A stretch of DNA of 64,000 nt, from IMG/VR virus record IMGVR_UViG_3300027708_000016; one strand, 5' to 3'. This document shows positions 35,652-47,700 of this stretch, piece after piece. This DNA comes from a virus. Its lineage: Duplodnaviria; Caudoviricetes. The translations under genes were made by a program, and so were the position numbers. Each line of letters opens with the position of its first letter. The first letter of the stretch is position 1. Under the pieces are notes generated by a model that saw only the letters and a list, made by a program, of their open reading frames with translations, was not told the origin of the DNA and searched no databases.

Positions 35652-38600
35652 TTAGATGTTATAAATGCGGGTTGGAAGATAATAATAACCATTAGTGTTA
35701 CCAAGACCCAATTCTCCGTTTGCATTAGTTCCACAACCATAAACCTTTCCACTCTGGGTTATAATTACTAATGTATATTGATATTTATAACCTCTGCCAT
35801 TATATGATATCCTTGCGGCTTTTTCATTATAAGGTAATCTAACCTTTGTAAACGATGTAACATTAGCAACCGTACTTGATTGCGCACCTGCGCCTTGGTT
35901 GTCTGTATTATCACCAGCTGTCCAAACCGATCCGTCACTTAATAATAGTGCAGATGAAGAACCACACATAATTATTTCAACAACTGTACAATCGTTTAAT
36001 GGATTACCTGTCGTATAACCTTCCGTAACAGTAAAAATAACCGAAGATGGTGAAAATTGACCAGTTGTAGATGATGTACCATTACTTAGTTGACCTTGAT
36101 CATTATACCCCCAACTATATAATTTATTACCTGAAGTATAGGCTATAGCTGATCCCTTTAATCCCGCTGAATAACTTGCTTGAAATAATGTTACTGGATT
36201 TGTGTCTGGAATTGTTATTTTTGATGCATAATTAAGGCTTTTTACAGTAGTACCCAATCCTAATTCGCCAGATGCTCCGTTTCCACTTGCCCAAAGACTT
36301 CCATCATTCAGTAGGAAGTATGTTGTTGCCAGTGGTGAACCGCCAAGATTTCCGTTATCAGCGACATATATTCTATTTATACCATATAACATTTTGTCAT
36401 ATAATCCTGATAATACTGGAGCAAATGTTGCTTGAGTGGTGCCACCAATTGTAATGCCGTTTGCTAATGCACCATTGCCGTTCCACCCTGCTCCATATGC
36501 TGTACCATCATTTTTTAAAACAAAACTTATAATACTACCTGCATATACATCTTTAAACATTAATGAAGGAGTTGTTACGGTTCCAGAATTTGCTTTATAA
36601 TTGAATGCTGGATATGCTGATATTGCTTTTGTGCTACCTGCACAATATTGTGGAGTATAATTTACAGCGGAAGGTGAATACACCACACTTAAATTATTAA
36701 GTCCACACTGTCCATTTGTATTAAATCCCCATGTGTATATTGTTCCATCAGTTGCTAAAGCAATACAATGAATTTTTTCGGAACTTGCATTTGTAGTTAC
36801 ATCAGTTGGTAATGGAGTAGATGCAAATTTTATAATTTGAGTACTAAGATTAGTTGTAAATGTTATTTTATCAAGTTTACTAGAATAAGTTAAAGAATCA
36901 AAAGCTTTACCCAATCCAAGTTGATTTACTGAATTAGATCCAGCTGCATGTAAATTTCCTAAACTATCTAAAACATATGTGTTGTAGGAACTTCTCCACA
37001 TTTCAACAGGTCTATATGACGGTAATGATAAACTACATGTTGTGGGGGTAAGATAATTAATTGCAGTAGCGATTGAATATCCGTTTGGTACACTTCCTAA
37101 AGTACCATATCCCGACATGTATAAACTTCCATCATCATATAAAATTCCAATATTATTAACGGATTCACGAGCTTTTGCGCTAAATGTTGCTCTGATATCT
37201 GCCATTCCGTAAGCATTATAACCAATATCTAAAACACCATTATTGTACACATAAACTCTTGGATGAGTAGTATAACCAAATCCTGCATCGGTTATTTTAA
37301 TTGATAAAAGGTTACCCGAACCATCTACAACAGGAATTGCAGTTGCCTGACGATTATTAGAACCTAATGGATATGTTGGTGCATCAATTATAACCGTTGG
37401 ATTTATTAATGACACTGCACCTCTAGTACCAACAACAATGTTTCTAACCGAACCACTAATTACTGGTAAAGGTGGTGTAGCAAATGCTGTTACCCTGTTA
37501 ACATAGGTATAAGTTTGATTCCAATTTGAACTCAATGTTAAAACGTTAGAATAAACCGAATTCCAATTTGCACTTAATTTATTAACATTTAAATAAACCG
37601 AACTATTAGCAGGTGTATTGCCACCCCATGTACTAATAATGGTATATCCAGTATAACCTTGTTGCCAACCACTACTTAAATTTGATACTGAAGTGTAAGC
37701 AGCAACACCTTCTAGTGCTGCTTCACCTGGATTCCAGCTTTGATAATTGTCATGGACAAGTTTATTTATGTATAAATTATCGGCAGACTGTTGAGCAAAC
37801 GTTGCATACACATTATTCCAATTTGCACTTAACTTATTAACGTTTGTGTAATTGGAATTCCATGCAATACTATTTCCCCCGTTTACAATAATATTGCCAT
37901 ATGAACTAATGTTTCCATTTATTGTTAGAATATTATTACTGGTTGGTGTTAATCCCCCAATTACAACATTTCCACTGTTATCAATTATAAATGGAGATGA
38001 ATCGTTAGCTTGATCATCGACTCGGAACGAGTCGCCAGTTCCCATTTGAGTTATTCTCAGTGCTTCAAAATTAGTGTTTGCGTAAACTGATGCATTATTA
38101 GCAGATAGAATATTTGTTGAAATACTAACTTGTGAACTTAAATTGTTAACATATGTAAAATTAGCTTTTGAAGCTGTAAGATTAGAACCAAATATAAAAG
38201 TATTAGGCTGTAAATTTGTATTATTGAGAATACCACCCCCAATAAATGAATGATAACCAGATGCAATGTTTTCTCTTCCGTTTACTACAGTGGAATAAGC
38301 AGATAATGCTGAGTTAGCTCGTCCACCCAGTGTACTGGAATAATATCCATTTGCTATATTAGAATTTCCAATTGCTGTTGCATATTGACCACCTGCTAAA
38401 TTATTAGCACCTATGATATTTGAAGTATTAATGCTTGAGTTATTAGGTCCTATGGTAAGATTACCCATTGCACTTATTGAACCAATAACAGTTAAAGCAA
38501 CATTTGGTGTTGCTGTTCCGATACCCACGTTGCCACCTATAAAGGCAGCTGCATATGCACTGGTGGATGGGACAACTGCGCTTAATGCTCCTGTTAAGAC

Positions 38601-38723
38601 GAAATCGCCTCTAAAGGGGTTATCATAACTAGCAATTGGATCGTGACCTGCATCAGGATTTGATGCATTTGGATACGTGTGGTGGTTTGCTCTGTGGAAT
38701 TTTGAATGGAATCTATTTGACAT
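35652..38723 (-). CDS. Fibre-like protein with heptad SANW repeats and a C-terminal RCC1-like propeller
   Basis: GIGTATP, GGxxN repeats, LSANWN.VY repeats, about 8 RCC1 blades (IYTWGFNTNGQCG, LYSWGYNDQGQL). Confidence 0.8.
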   Translation of the reverse strand: MSNRFHSKFHRANHHTYPNASNPDAGHDPIASYDNPFRGDFVLTGALSAVVPSTSAYAAAFIGGNVGIGTATPNVALTVIGSISAMGNLTIGPNNSSINTSNIIGANNLAGGQYATAIGNSNIANGYYSSTLGGRANSALSAYSTVVNGRENIASGYHSFIGGGILNNTNLQPNTFIFGSNLTASKANFTYVNNLSSQVSISTNILSANNASVYANTNFEALRITQMGTGDSFRVDDQANDSSPFIIDNSGNVVIGGLTPTSNNILTINGNISSYGNIIVNGGNSIAWNSNYTNVNKLSANWNNVYATFAQQSADNLYINKLVHDNYQSWNPGEAALEGVAAYTSVSNLSSGWQQGYTGYTIISTWGGNTPANSSVYLNVNKLSANWNSVYSNVLTLSSNWNQTYTYVNRVTAFATPPLPVISGSVRNIVVGTRGAVSLINPTVIIDAPTYPLGSNNRQATAIPVVDGSGNLLSIKITDAGFGYTTHPRVYVYNNGVLDIGYNAYGMADIRATFSAKARESVNNIGILYDDGSLYMSGYGTLGSVPNGYSIATAINYLTPTTCSLSLPSYRPVEMWRSSYNTYVLDSLGNLHAAGSNSVNQLGLGKAFDSLTYSSKLDKITFTTNLSTQIIKFASTPLPTDVTTNASSEKIHCIALATDGTIYTWGFNTNGQCGLNNLSVVYSPSAVNYTPQYCAGSTKAISAYPAFNYKANSGTVTTPSLMFKDVYAGSIISFVLKNDGTAYGAGWNGNGALANGITIGGTTQATFAPVLSGLYDKMLYGINRIYVADNGNLGGSPLATTYFLLNDGSLWASGNGASGELGLGTTVKSLNYASKITIPDTNPVTLFQASYSAGLKGSAIAYTSGNKLYSWGYNDQGQLSNGTSSTTGQFSPSSVIFTVTEGYTTGNPLNDCTVVEIIMCGSSSALLLSDGSVWTAGDNTDNQGAGAQSSTVANVTSFTKVRLPYNEKAARISYNGRGYKYQYTLVIITQSGKVYGCGTNANGELGLGNTNGYYYLPTRIYNI

Positions 38724-38812
38724 AATCTTTTCTCAAGCCAATGGTTGTCCATAGAACCATTTCTGGTTACTATTGTTGAATTGATTACTAATATTTATCT
38801 TAAAACATTACA

Positions 38813-40849
38813 TTATGAACAACATTTTGAAATTGCTTTACCCCATGTAATATTTGGTGCATATCCAGCATTTGGAAAGTCACTGGTAAGTTCCAAATAT
38901 GTTATTGGATTAATTCCACAGGTTCTAATTACAGGTAAAGATACATTATATGAAGAAGTTGCCTTCCATGACCAACAGAACTGACCATCACAATCAGAAT
39001 TATTGTTTCGGCTATCAATGTTAACGTTTTGAACTGCTAAAAACTGGTTTAAAACTTCTAAAGAATCATATAGTTTCTTAAGTTCTTTATTAAAAACAGA
39101 TGGAATATGCAATTCATTTACACCAACGCCCAATGTCTCATTTTCGACATCATTATTGAGAACAGGAGCATTAGCAACATCTATTGGTAAAAATGAAAAA
39201 TATTGAATAGTTCCGTTTGTTGTTTGTTCCGTAGCAAGGATAAATTGAGCATTTAATGTATCTCTGAATGTTTTTATGTTTTGAGCTATTCTTATTAATG
39301 ATCGATTATAATTTAAGTCTGATGAAAATTCTTCGCTTGTTACTTTAAGTTGATCACTAGACCAATATTCATATGATAACCCACCACCTATTTTAAATAT
39401 ATCTAAAACATCTTGGAATTTTAACAAACAGGAATTTGAACTTATTAATAGTGATCGACTTACACTACTTCTAATACTATTATATATTGTTGATGATGTT
39501 TTTGGTATTTGAACATTTGTTATAAATGTATTTGAAGAAGAATACTTGTATACGTTTTGACTTGTTAATACATAAAAGAAATCTCCATTTTCATCAAAGG
39601 ATATTTTTATAGGATTAGTAGTAACTATATCCTTTATGGAAAAATTAACAAAAGGATTTGCTGCTCTATTATCATAAACATATATGTTTTTTGAAAGTGT
39701 CAATATATAAACAAGGGATGTTATGGGATGAACAGCAACACTTATTATCTGTTCTCCTTTGTAAGAATCTGAAAAATAAGTATAAATCCAATTTAAATCT
39801 TGGTTGTATTGTTTAACGCAATTGTTATTATAATCAACGACATATACGTTTTCATTTGCATAGTTAACTTCAGTAGGGGAATTAAACTTATCATGATCAT
39901 TAAGTAAACCAAATCCTCCAGTGTAAAGTTGTATGTTTATTGATGGTGAATACAAACTACTTAAATCTATATTAAATTTATAAATTTTATTTGCACCCGT
40001 ATCGGCAATAAATATATATTGACCTGTGCTGTCAATATCAAAAGACTGTGGAGCAATTAAAAGATCTTGTATGTCGTTTGCATTAGTAAAAATTGTTTCT
40101 TGGGGAATTGCAGAAGATGAAAAAGCTCTGAAACGTGTACCATCTAAAACATAAATTCCGTTTGAATTTTCTTTTGCATCCCTGATATCCGAAAAATAAG
40201 ATTTACCATCGGAAACTGCTAATTCTGGGTTGTTTATATATTCAGAATTGTATGTTTGCGTTGACCATGAAATACCAGCAGCTTTTGAATGGGATGGACT
40301 ACCCAACCATCCAAAATATTCACTGGGTGATTCAGTATTCATTGTCTGTGTATTGGATTTAAGATAATCCAAATTATCTTGTAATCTTGTGATTGCAGTA
40401 TTAAAGATATCTTCCACGCCCCATTCGTTTGGTTGAATGTAAATTTGATCCAATGTGTATGGCATCATCAAGTTTATTTCATTTATCAATCTTATATTTT
40501 CTTGATTGTAAACATCCCAACTATTTTTAACTATAAATGGAACAGGGGAAACAAAAGATTGTATTGTATTGTCTGAATATATGGCAGAATAAGATACATG
40601 ATAAGTTCCCTTGGTTTTGTAAGTTTGGTGAATTTTATCCGTTGGATTTGAATAAACCAAATTACTACCGTCTCCAAAATTTGTAACAAATTGTGTTATG
40701 TAATAATTTGATGTATAATAAACAGGTGCTTTATATTCTACATATAAATCTTTACCAGTTAAACAATAAACAGTCGATAGAAACAATTGTGGATTTAACG
40801 AAGTTGTGTAGGCATTTATAGTTGTACCAGTATTATTAATTAAACTCAT
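38813..40849 (-). CDS. PKD + NHL/beta-propeller structural protein
   Basis: NFGDGS (PKD); PQSFDID, IFIADTGANKI, FNSPTEV, VYVVDYNNNCVK (NHL); start reassigned to MSLINN (ATGA overlap). Confidence 0.8.
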   Translation of the reverse strand: MSLINNTGTTINAYTTSLNPQLFLSTVYCLTGKDLYVEYKAPVYYTSNYYITQFVTNFGDGSNLVYSNPTDKIHQTYKTKGTYHVSYSAIYSDNTIQSFVSPVPFIVKNSWDVYNQENIRLINEINLMMPYTLDQIYIQPNEWGVEDIFNTAITRLQDNLDYLKSNTQTMNTESPSEYFGWLGSPSHSKAAGISWSTQTYNSEYINNPELAVSDGKSYFSDIRDAKENSNGIYVLDGTRFRAFSSSAIPQETIFTNANDIQDLLIAPQSFDIDSTGQYIFIADTGANKIYKFNIDLSSLYSPSINIQLYTGGFGLLNDHDKFNSPTEVNYANENVYVVDYNNNCVKQYNQDLNWIYTYFSDSYKGEQIISVAVHPITSLVYILTLSKNIYVYDNRAANPFVNFSIKDIVTTNPIKISFDENGDFFYVLTSQNVYKYSSSNTFITNVQIPKTSSTIYNSIRSSVSRSLLISSNSCLLKFQDVLDIFKIGGGLSYEYWSSDQLKVTSEEFSSDLNYNRSLIRIAQNIKTFRDTLNAQFILATEQTTNGTIQYFSFLPIDVANAPVLNNDVENETLGVGVNELHIPSVFNKELKKLYDSLEVLNQFLAVQNVNIDSRNNNSDCDGQFCWSWKATSSYNVSLPVIRTCGINPITYLELTSDFPNAGYAPNITWGKAISKCCS

Positions 40850-43800
40850 AGACTTATTTGGTTCCAATTATTTATAACACTTGGTAGTTGTGATGATATT
40901 TTTGCAAAAACTGTAGATGGTATACCCTGAAATACCTTTGGGGTTGCATAAACAAAAAAATCTTGAATTCCTAAACTTCCACTATAAAGAGGAACATAAG
41001 GATCTCCTATTTTTATTTTAAATATGGTAACTGGATTGTTGTTATTATATGCTACCCCCGAACTAAGATCTTGGCAGACTGTCCAATAAACACCTGATAA
41101 ACAATAATACACACTACCAGCCATAATATTAGTTGGTGAAGTTGGGGATGACACATTAAAATTCTGTTGGATTACAACGTTTTTAGTATCATCCAAATTA
41201 ATGGATGTATTTAAAACGCTGAAAGTAAATTCGACATCATCATATGGTAAAATCAAAGGTGAACATTGGAATGGATTTGCACTTACTGAACAAATTGAAT
41301 CATATGTTGTGAATGTATTATTAAATGAACGTTTTACAATACTATTATTTTCACCAATAGCAGATAATGCATAATAACTAGTACCCATTGATTCGGGGAA
41401 TGTTGTATCATTATAAGCAACTAATGATAATTTAAGACCATTATTCATTAATTGTATGTCATTTGGATTATATGGAATATCAGCAACAGCATAACTACTG
41501 TTTATTGTTGTTATTTCATATGTACTAAAATTTTGATATTCATAATAATTAAAATCATTTCGGTTTGAAGATAACCACAATGATATAGTATCATTAGCAG
41601 TATTGTTATAACTTGATGGGTAATTGGTTAATGTATAATTTAAATAAGTTTTGCTGTCGGTAGCATCCACTGATGTTAAAAGATAAGCAAATCCATTATT
41701 GAACCCAACTTGAGGATATGTTAAAAATTCAATGGGATTTTCAAAAATAACAGAACTTAAAAAGTAAACATATGTTGATGCTTTGAAATCATGAGCACTC
41801 GTCCAGCCTGGTGCCACTACTGATGTCAACTGCATTGTAACTAATGCAGATAATAGATTACTATCGTTTGTTGGTAAGGAACTGGTATAAAAATTGAAAT
41901 ATAGATTAGGAGATCCATCTTCAATATTGATATATGGTATTCCTTGAGAACTGTCCTTATTATTAACAAGTTGACCATTAATATACCAATTTATATTAGC
42001 ATAATAATTTTGATTTTTTGTTAAAGGTGTAAACTGAAAAATTGAATAATTAAGTTCTGATCTTGTGATTGTATTTTGACCAATATTAGTATTTGATAAT
42101 ATTTTATTATCTGAATCTATATCATATGTAGATATAAAATCCGCATTTATAATATTAGAATCTGGTAAATCATCTACCGAAAAATTATATGATCCAGATA
42201 AGCATGGATAAATAATATCTGTATAGGCATTCACATAAATTTTATGTAACTCAGGATATGTGTTATTACTGTAAGGTGCTACTAAAATTTTAATTGTGCT
42301 TATTTCTTGAAAGGTTGATTGTGTTCCAAATTTATAACTAGAAATTATATTTCCATTTGAATCGATTTTATATGCACTGATTGGTTGATTTGTTGGATCA
42401 GTTTGTGCATCATAACTCCATGTCCAATACATTGGTACGCTTCCGTAATCTGGTGATAAATTATAAAGTTTACCATTAAAAGGAATATATGTTGATAATT
42501 CTATTTCTCTTGGTGATTGTAAATTATATAAAGGTGAACTAGGTGCTACACCAAGCTGCCCCGTTGAAAAATAATTAAATAAGCTAGGGTCAGTTATAAT
42601 ACTAGATGGTTTGATTTCTAAATTAGCAGAAAGATAGACTGTTATAGTGTCAGGACCAAACCCCGAAACATTTATAAGCCAAGTATTAGCATTAAATGCA
42701 TATTGTGAATTTGGTTCTATTGGTTGTAAAATATTGCCATTTTGATCAACACCATTAAAGTATAAATCGTTTCTAATGTTACCTTGTGAATCTTTCGCAT
42801 ACCATATTATATTTGAATATGTTAAATCAACATAGGGCCACCCATCAAGAGAATTATTTGTACTTGCATCTATTGTTATTGAATTGCTGGTTTCATTAAA
42901 AATATCTAATTCAATACTCCAAGGATTAACTGGCTTCAAATATTTACCAAGTGTTATATTTGTTGCATTGAACGCATCGAGTTGACCTGCTACACTTGAT
43001 GATAGACTTGCACGTATTGTAAAATTAAGCTCACCTAAATCAAGATTAGGATAATTTATCAAAAGATCTTTACCAGAAATTACTGGTATCCAAGGACTTT
43101 TTACTATATCATAAAATTTACCAGTAAGAGATTGCGATAAATTTTCACCATAACTAAAATTAACATAAGGTAGATATTGTGAGGATATATTTGTTTTAAA
43201 TCTTATGTAATCATTTGGACAAGTTGAGTAAAGATCGTAAGATAAACAATTATAATCAGAAGTTATGTAACTTGATAGTTTAACATAATTACTATTTAAT
43301 TGATTTGTTGTTGGATCAACAATTTTAGAATAAAGATAAAAATTTAATGAATTACTATCAACTATAGCAGAATTTGAATCTCTTAATGTTGTTTTATATG
43401 AATAATAATGGGGTGGATATTTTGTTTCATAAATTTTAGGTTGATCTATTATGTCTGTAAGTTTATATGGGACATTTAAATTCCATGTTGTTGTTGGGTT
43501 TACAGTGCCAAAAATTAATTCTTTTGTTTTTCTAATGTAAGGAGAATCTGCAATATAGCTAACACCTATAAATGAACCTACTAATCCTTTTGCATAATAA
43601 GGAGAACCAGTATAATTGTTAAAATATGCAAAATTACAATTATTTGTAGATAATGTTACATACATTACACAATTTTTAGGACTATGTAATGCAGAAGCGG
43701 GATCTATTGTTGTTTGTATTAATTGAAAATTTGGATTGTTAAACTTATTCGTAGTAGCATTTGGATAATATATAATATAACTAGAATTAAACAATGGAAC

Positions 43801-44700
43801 ATTGTTATAATATTTTGTTACATCTGGTAAGGTTTGAACAACTAATGCATTGGATATGTTATAGGTTGGGTTGCTAACACAAGCACTATAAGTTACGAAA
43901 AGAGAATCTACATTTAAAGAATTAGAATAATTTGCTGATAAAGATGGTTCTAAATTTAATGAAATATATGATGGGTTTTTGCTTGTAAAATCAACAACAT
44001 TACGATCAACTCTAGTTGTTGATCCGCTTATGCCATATGTTAAGCTATAGTTAGCATAATTAGTAACTGGAATAAAATCCGAAAGATTAACAGTTGTGGG
44101 TAGTGCAGATAATCGATTATATAAATGATAAACCGTTGCATCATATTCTATTGTTGTTGACGCAAAATATTTAACGGAAGATAACATTACCTTAGTACTG
44201 GTAGTTAATTGCCACCCATATGGAATTTTTACTAAATCAGTTGGAATGGTAATAAGTTTGTTTGGATATAAAACATACCCTATTGATGCATCACTTGTTG
44301 GGTTTGGTGTTATATAAAAAAAGTTAAATTCGGAAGGTATTTGAAATGTTTTTCTTATAGTGCTAGTATTATAAGTAAATCCTATTGGTTTTTGATTACT
44401 TGCATCTGTACTATATATTGCTGGATATGCGCTGGAAAAATTTCCTGCTGGGTCAAGTGGTGATATAACCGAACCAGTTGAAGTATATGAACCCAAAGTA
44501 AAAAACTGATTGTATGTGTTGGTATTTAAATATGCATTAGCTATATCATTTGTTGGTCTTTTTTGATATCTAAGATAATTTCTATAAATGTAAGGACCTA
44601 AATTGGGATCTACAATTTGTGTGTCAGTTTCTGTTACATATGCCTCCGTATCAGGATATTTTCCTGTTGGATTAAAATTAAATGATTGTAAATTGCCCAT
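40846..44700 (-). CDS. Large hypothetical structural protein (Ig-like, Ser/Thr/Asn-rich)
   Basis: 1284-aa ORF; TAAATA 9 nt upstream. Confidence 0.8.
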   Translation of the reverse strand: MGNLQSFNFNPTGKYPDTEAYVTETDTQIVDPNLGPYIYRNYLRYQKRPTNDIANAYLNTNTYNQFFTLGSYTSTGSVISPLDPAGNFSSAYPAIYSTDASNQKPIGFTYNTSTIRKTFQIPSEFNFFYITPNPTSDASIGYVLYPNKLITIPTDLVKIPYGWQLTTSTKVMLSSVKYFASTTIEYDATVYHLYNRLSALPTTVNLSDFIPVTNYANYSLTYGISGSTTRVDRNVVDFTSKNPSYISLNLEPSLSANYSNSLNVDSLFVTYSACVSNPTYNISNALVVQTLPDVTKYYNNVPLFNSSYIIYYPNATTNKFNNPNFQLIQTTIDPASALHSPKNCVMYVTLSTNNCNFAYFNNYTGSPYYAKGLVGSFIGVSYIADSPYIRKTKELIFGTVNPTTTWNLNVPYKLTDIIDQPKIYETKYPPHYYSYKTTLRDSNSAIVDSNSLNFYLYSKIVDPTTNQLNSNYVKLSSYITSDYNCLSYDLYSTCPNDYIRFKTNISSQYLPYVNFSYGENLSQSLTGKFYDIVKSPWIPVISGKDLLINYPNLDLGELNFTIRASLSSSVAGQLDAFNATNITLGKYLKPVNPWSIELDIFNETSNSITIDASTNNSLDGWPYVDLTYSNIIWYAKDSQGNIRNDLYFNGVDQNGNILQPIEPNSQYAFNANTWLINVSGFGPDTITVYLSANLEIKPSSIITDPSLFNYFSTGQLGVAPSSPLYNLQSPREIELSTYIPFNGKLYNLSPDYGSVPMYWTWSYDAQTDPTNQPISAYKIDSNGNIISSYKFGTQSTFQEISTIKILVAPYSNNTYPELHKIYVNAYTDIIYPCLSGSYNFSVDDLPDSNIINADFISTYDIDSDNKILSNTNIGQNTITRSELNYSIFQFTPLTKNQNYYANINWYINGQLVNNKDSSQGIPYINIEDGSPNLYFNFYTSSLPTNDSNLLSALVTMQLTSVVAPGWTSAHDFKASTYVYFLSSVIFENPIEFLTYPQVGFNNGFAYLLTSVDATDSKTYLNYTLTNYPSSYNNTANDTISLWLSSNRNDFNYYEYQNFSTYEITTINSSYAVADIPYNPNDIQLMNNGLKLSLVAYNDTTFPESMGTSYYALSAIGENNSIVKRSFNNTFTTYDSICSVSANPFQCSPLILPYDDVEFTFSVLNTSINLDDTKNVVIQQNFNVSSPTSPTNIMAGSVYYCLSGVYWTVCQDLSSGVAYNNNNPVTIFKIKIGDPYVPLYSGSLGIQDFFVYATPKVFQGIPSTVFAKISSQLPSVINNWNQISL

Positions 44701-44742
44701 CTTCTATAATATTTAGATTAAACTCTTTGTTTTTATAGTGGT

Positions 44743-47700
44743 TTATGATATTAACCCTAATCCATTATAAAGCTTATATGAAAATAATTGATCAACTATC
44801 TGTTCATCTCCTAACCATTGATAAAATGATGAAAGGTTTTGATTTACTGTTGTTTGTGAATTATTCCAATCTATAACATTATCATAATATGTTGTACTAA
44901 TTGTAGGTATAAAATGATAAAACTCATAATAAAAATTCCAAGTAATAACATCTAATCCTATAAAGTCGATTAATGTGCTTATTGGATATGAACTTAACCC
45001 TTTAATATTTCCAGTTTGTATTAAATTGTACTTATTTAATGATTTTGTTCGTAGAATAATAGGTGTTCCTGCTGAAACTATGTAATTATTTGATAATAGG
45101 GTTCCTCTGTTAAAAATACCGTCTTCAGATGCTTTGCTAAAATTATTTTGGTTTTTAGCAGGTGATCCCCATAATCTTGATTGATTAATGGATATTAAAT
45201 CCATTAATCTTTGTATATCGGGTGGGTAACTTAATTGATAATCATCTGTTAGTTCATTAACCGAAGCAGCTAAACTGTAAAGTTCGTTTATACCACAAAC
45301 ATCAACGTCTGCAATATTTTTGGTAAAATTAGATATTTTTTCATATGACTTAACACCTAAATCATCATGTTTAAATGGATACTCACCATATATGGAAGGT
45401 AAAAATTCATCAAACATGTATGTGCTATCTTGTAATGTTGGCATAAATGCCAATGATTTCATTTGCGCCCCCAGATCTTTATTTTCGTTGACCTTGAATG
45501 CGTCTACGCTATCATTTATATAAAAATTAAGCGGAATGGATTGACCAGATAAAGAAATTTGATGCGGTGCAATGTCTATGTTATGATTATATTTGTTTAT
45601 CCATTTAAATCCTGTCCAATCTCCATAAGCTTGAGCAGACTTTTGATATGGGTTATATTGAATGATTGTACCAGACTGATCAGTTGGTGAAAAAAACGTA
45701 AATCCTTTTGGGTTTACATAAAATTTATTTATGAATTTTTTTGTATTGCTATTAAAAACATAAACTTGATTTTCAACAGAATTTATAACGTATATAAATC
45801 CTCTTGCGTCTGATGCTATACCTTCCAATGCTGTCTCTGATGTATTATCGTCGGGAACAGTTAATCCTTTATCTGGATAGACATTATATTCTGAAACTGC
45901 TGATGAAGTAATGTTGCCATTTGCTACAAGAATATTCTTTATACATTTATTAAGATAATTGAACGTGTCAATTGTTTTGTTTTTGTGATCTGAAACCAAA
46001 CTATCTGGTAATCTTGATGTACTACCATTCCAATAAGCTAATCCATATTCTATTGATCTTGAATTCACACCCGTTAACAAATCGTTATATATTGCATCAA
46101 CTATTAAACCTACATCTCTGTTGCAAATCTGAATTATACTAGAATTTGTGTTTATTAAATATTGTTTTGCTGCAACATAATTAGAAACTTGATTTTGTAA
46201 AAGTGATCGGTTTGCTATTATGATATTGGCAATATTAATATCAGTTGCTGTTGCAGAACCAGCTGGAAAATATGAATTTAATGCACCGCTATTTTGAAGA
46301 GGATATACTATGTTAGCAACTCTTGCTGCTACATTTGCTTGTCTTGCGCTATCGGTAACAATATTATTATTTGTAACATATGTTGCAATCTGTAAAATAG
46401 CATTAATAGTTGGTTGTACTTCTTCTGTCGGTATAACTGGTATATTTATACCATTTCCTGTGGTTAATGTTTTTAATACACCCTTAAAATATAAATTACC
46501 AACTTCAATACAGCGATGATTTGCATTATTTGCAATATCAGATGATAATGCATCTACTATATACCCAGTATCTCTAAAGCATTTTGCTGTTAAAGTTGGG
46601 TTATTAGACATTGCATCTGGATAGTTAGTAATCGAATAATCAACAACTGCTTGTTGTATTTGAGACTTTGCTGTTAAAAGTTGTTGACTTGCTAACTGAT
46701 ATGAAGAGTTGGAAATAGCACCATATGGTTTACTTGCAGGAACATTATCAAGACTTAAAATTATTTTATTAATGTTATTAATACTATTGGTTATCGTATC
46801 AGATTGAGGAGATGGTGTATAAATTAATTCTGTAGGGTTGTCACGAGTTGTTGTTAACGGCGTGTCGTCATAATTAGATATATCAATTGTTGCAACACTT
46901 CCAGAAAGATTATCAATTGTTGCTATTCTAGAATATGAATATGTAAACCATATGTTTTGATTTATGTCAACAGTAAGGTTATTTAAGCCTCTTATATTAC
47001 CAAATGAACTTAAAAGATTTCCATTAGTATCTCTTTTTTCAAGTGATCCAATTGAATTATAAATGTCATTGGAAAGAGCTACCCATACGTTATTATTACA
47101 ATCAACTAAGACATCTTGTGGACAAGTTGATACAGGATAATTTATGGTTTTTAAAACGTTTCCATTTTCATCATATTTTATAAGATAACCGCTTGCATAA
47201 TTTGAGTAAGTTACCCAAACGTTATTGAATGTATCAGTATCTAAATATGTTGGCTCAACAAAATTTTGAGTTTCAATGGCAATATTAATTGGTTCATTTG
47301 CTTTATACCAATCATTATTAATATTTGGTTTTAATGAAACTAATGGATTTACAGCAAATTTAAATTTTCCGTTATTATCAAATTTTAATATTGATGATGT
47401 ATCATATAACGTCATCCAAATATTTTGTTTTCCATCGAGTGAAATTGATGCTGGAGAAACTTGATTTTCTACAAAGAATGTCAGATTATTATCTGTTGCA
47501 ACTTGATTAATATCAATTGCACATAATATTGTGCCACTTGATGAAAATTTATAAAGATAATTTAAGTCACCATCACATGCCCATGCTTGATGTATCGGTG
47601 GTGGTAATACAGCAATACTATTTATATTATGAAATCCTGATGTGGAATAGTTGTCTTTTGTAAAATCGGGTGTTTGTATAATCGGAACATTAAAATTATA

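Noticed and set aside
23746-38723. Shufflon or diversity-generating retroelement acting on the fibre genes
   Set aside because: No invertase or reverse transcriptase in the window, no inverted recombination sites, and no template/variable repeat pair differing only at adenines was seen
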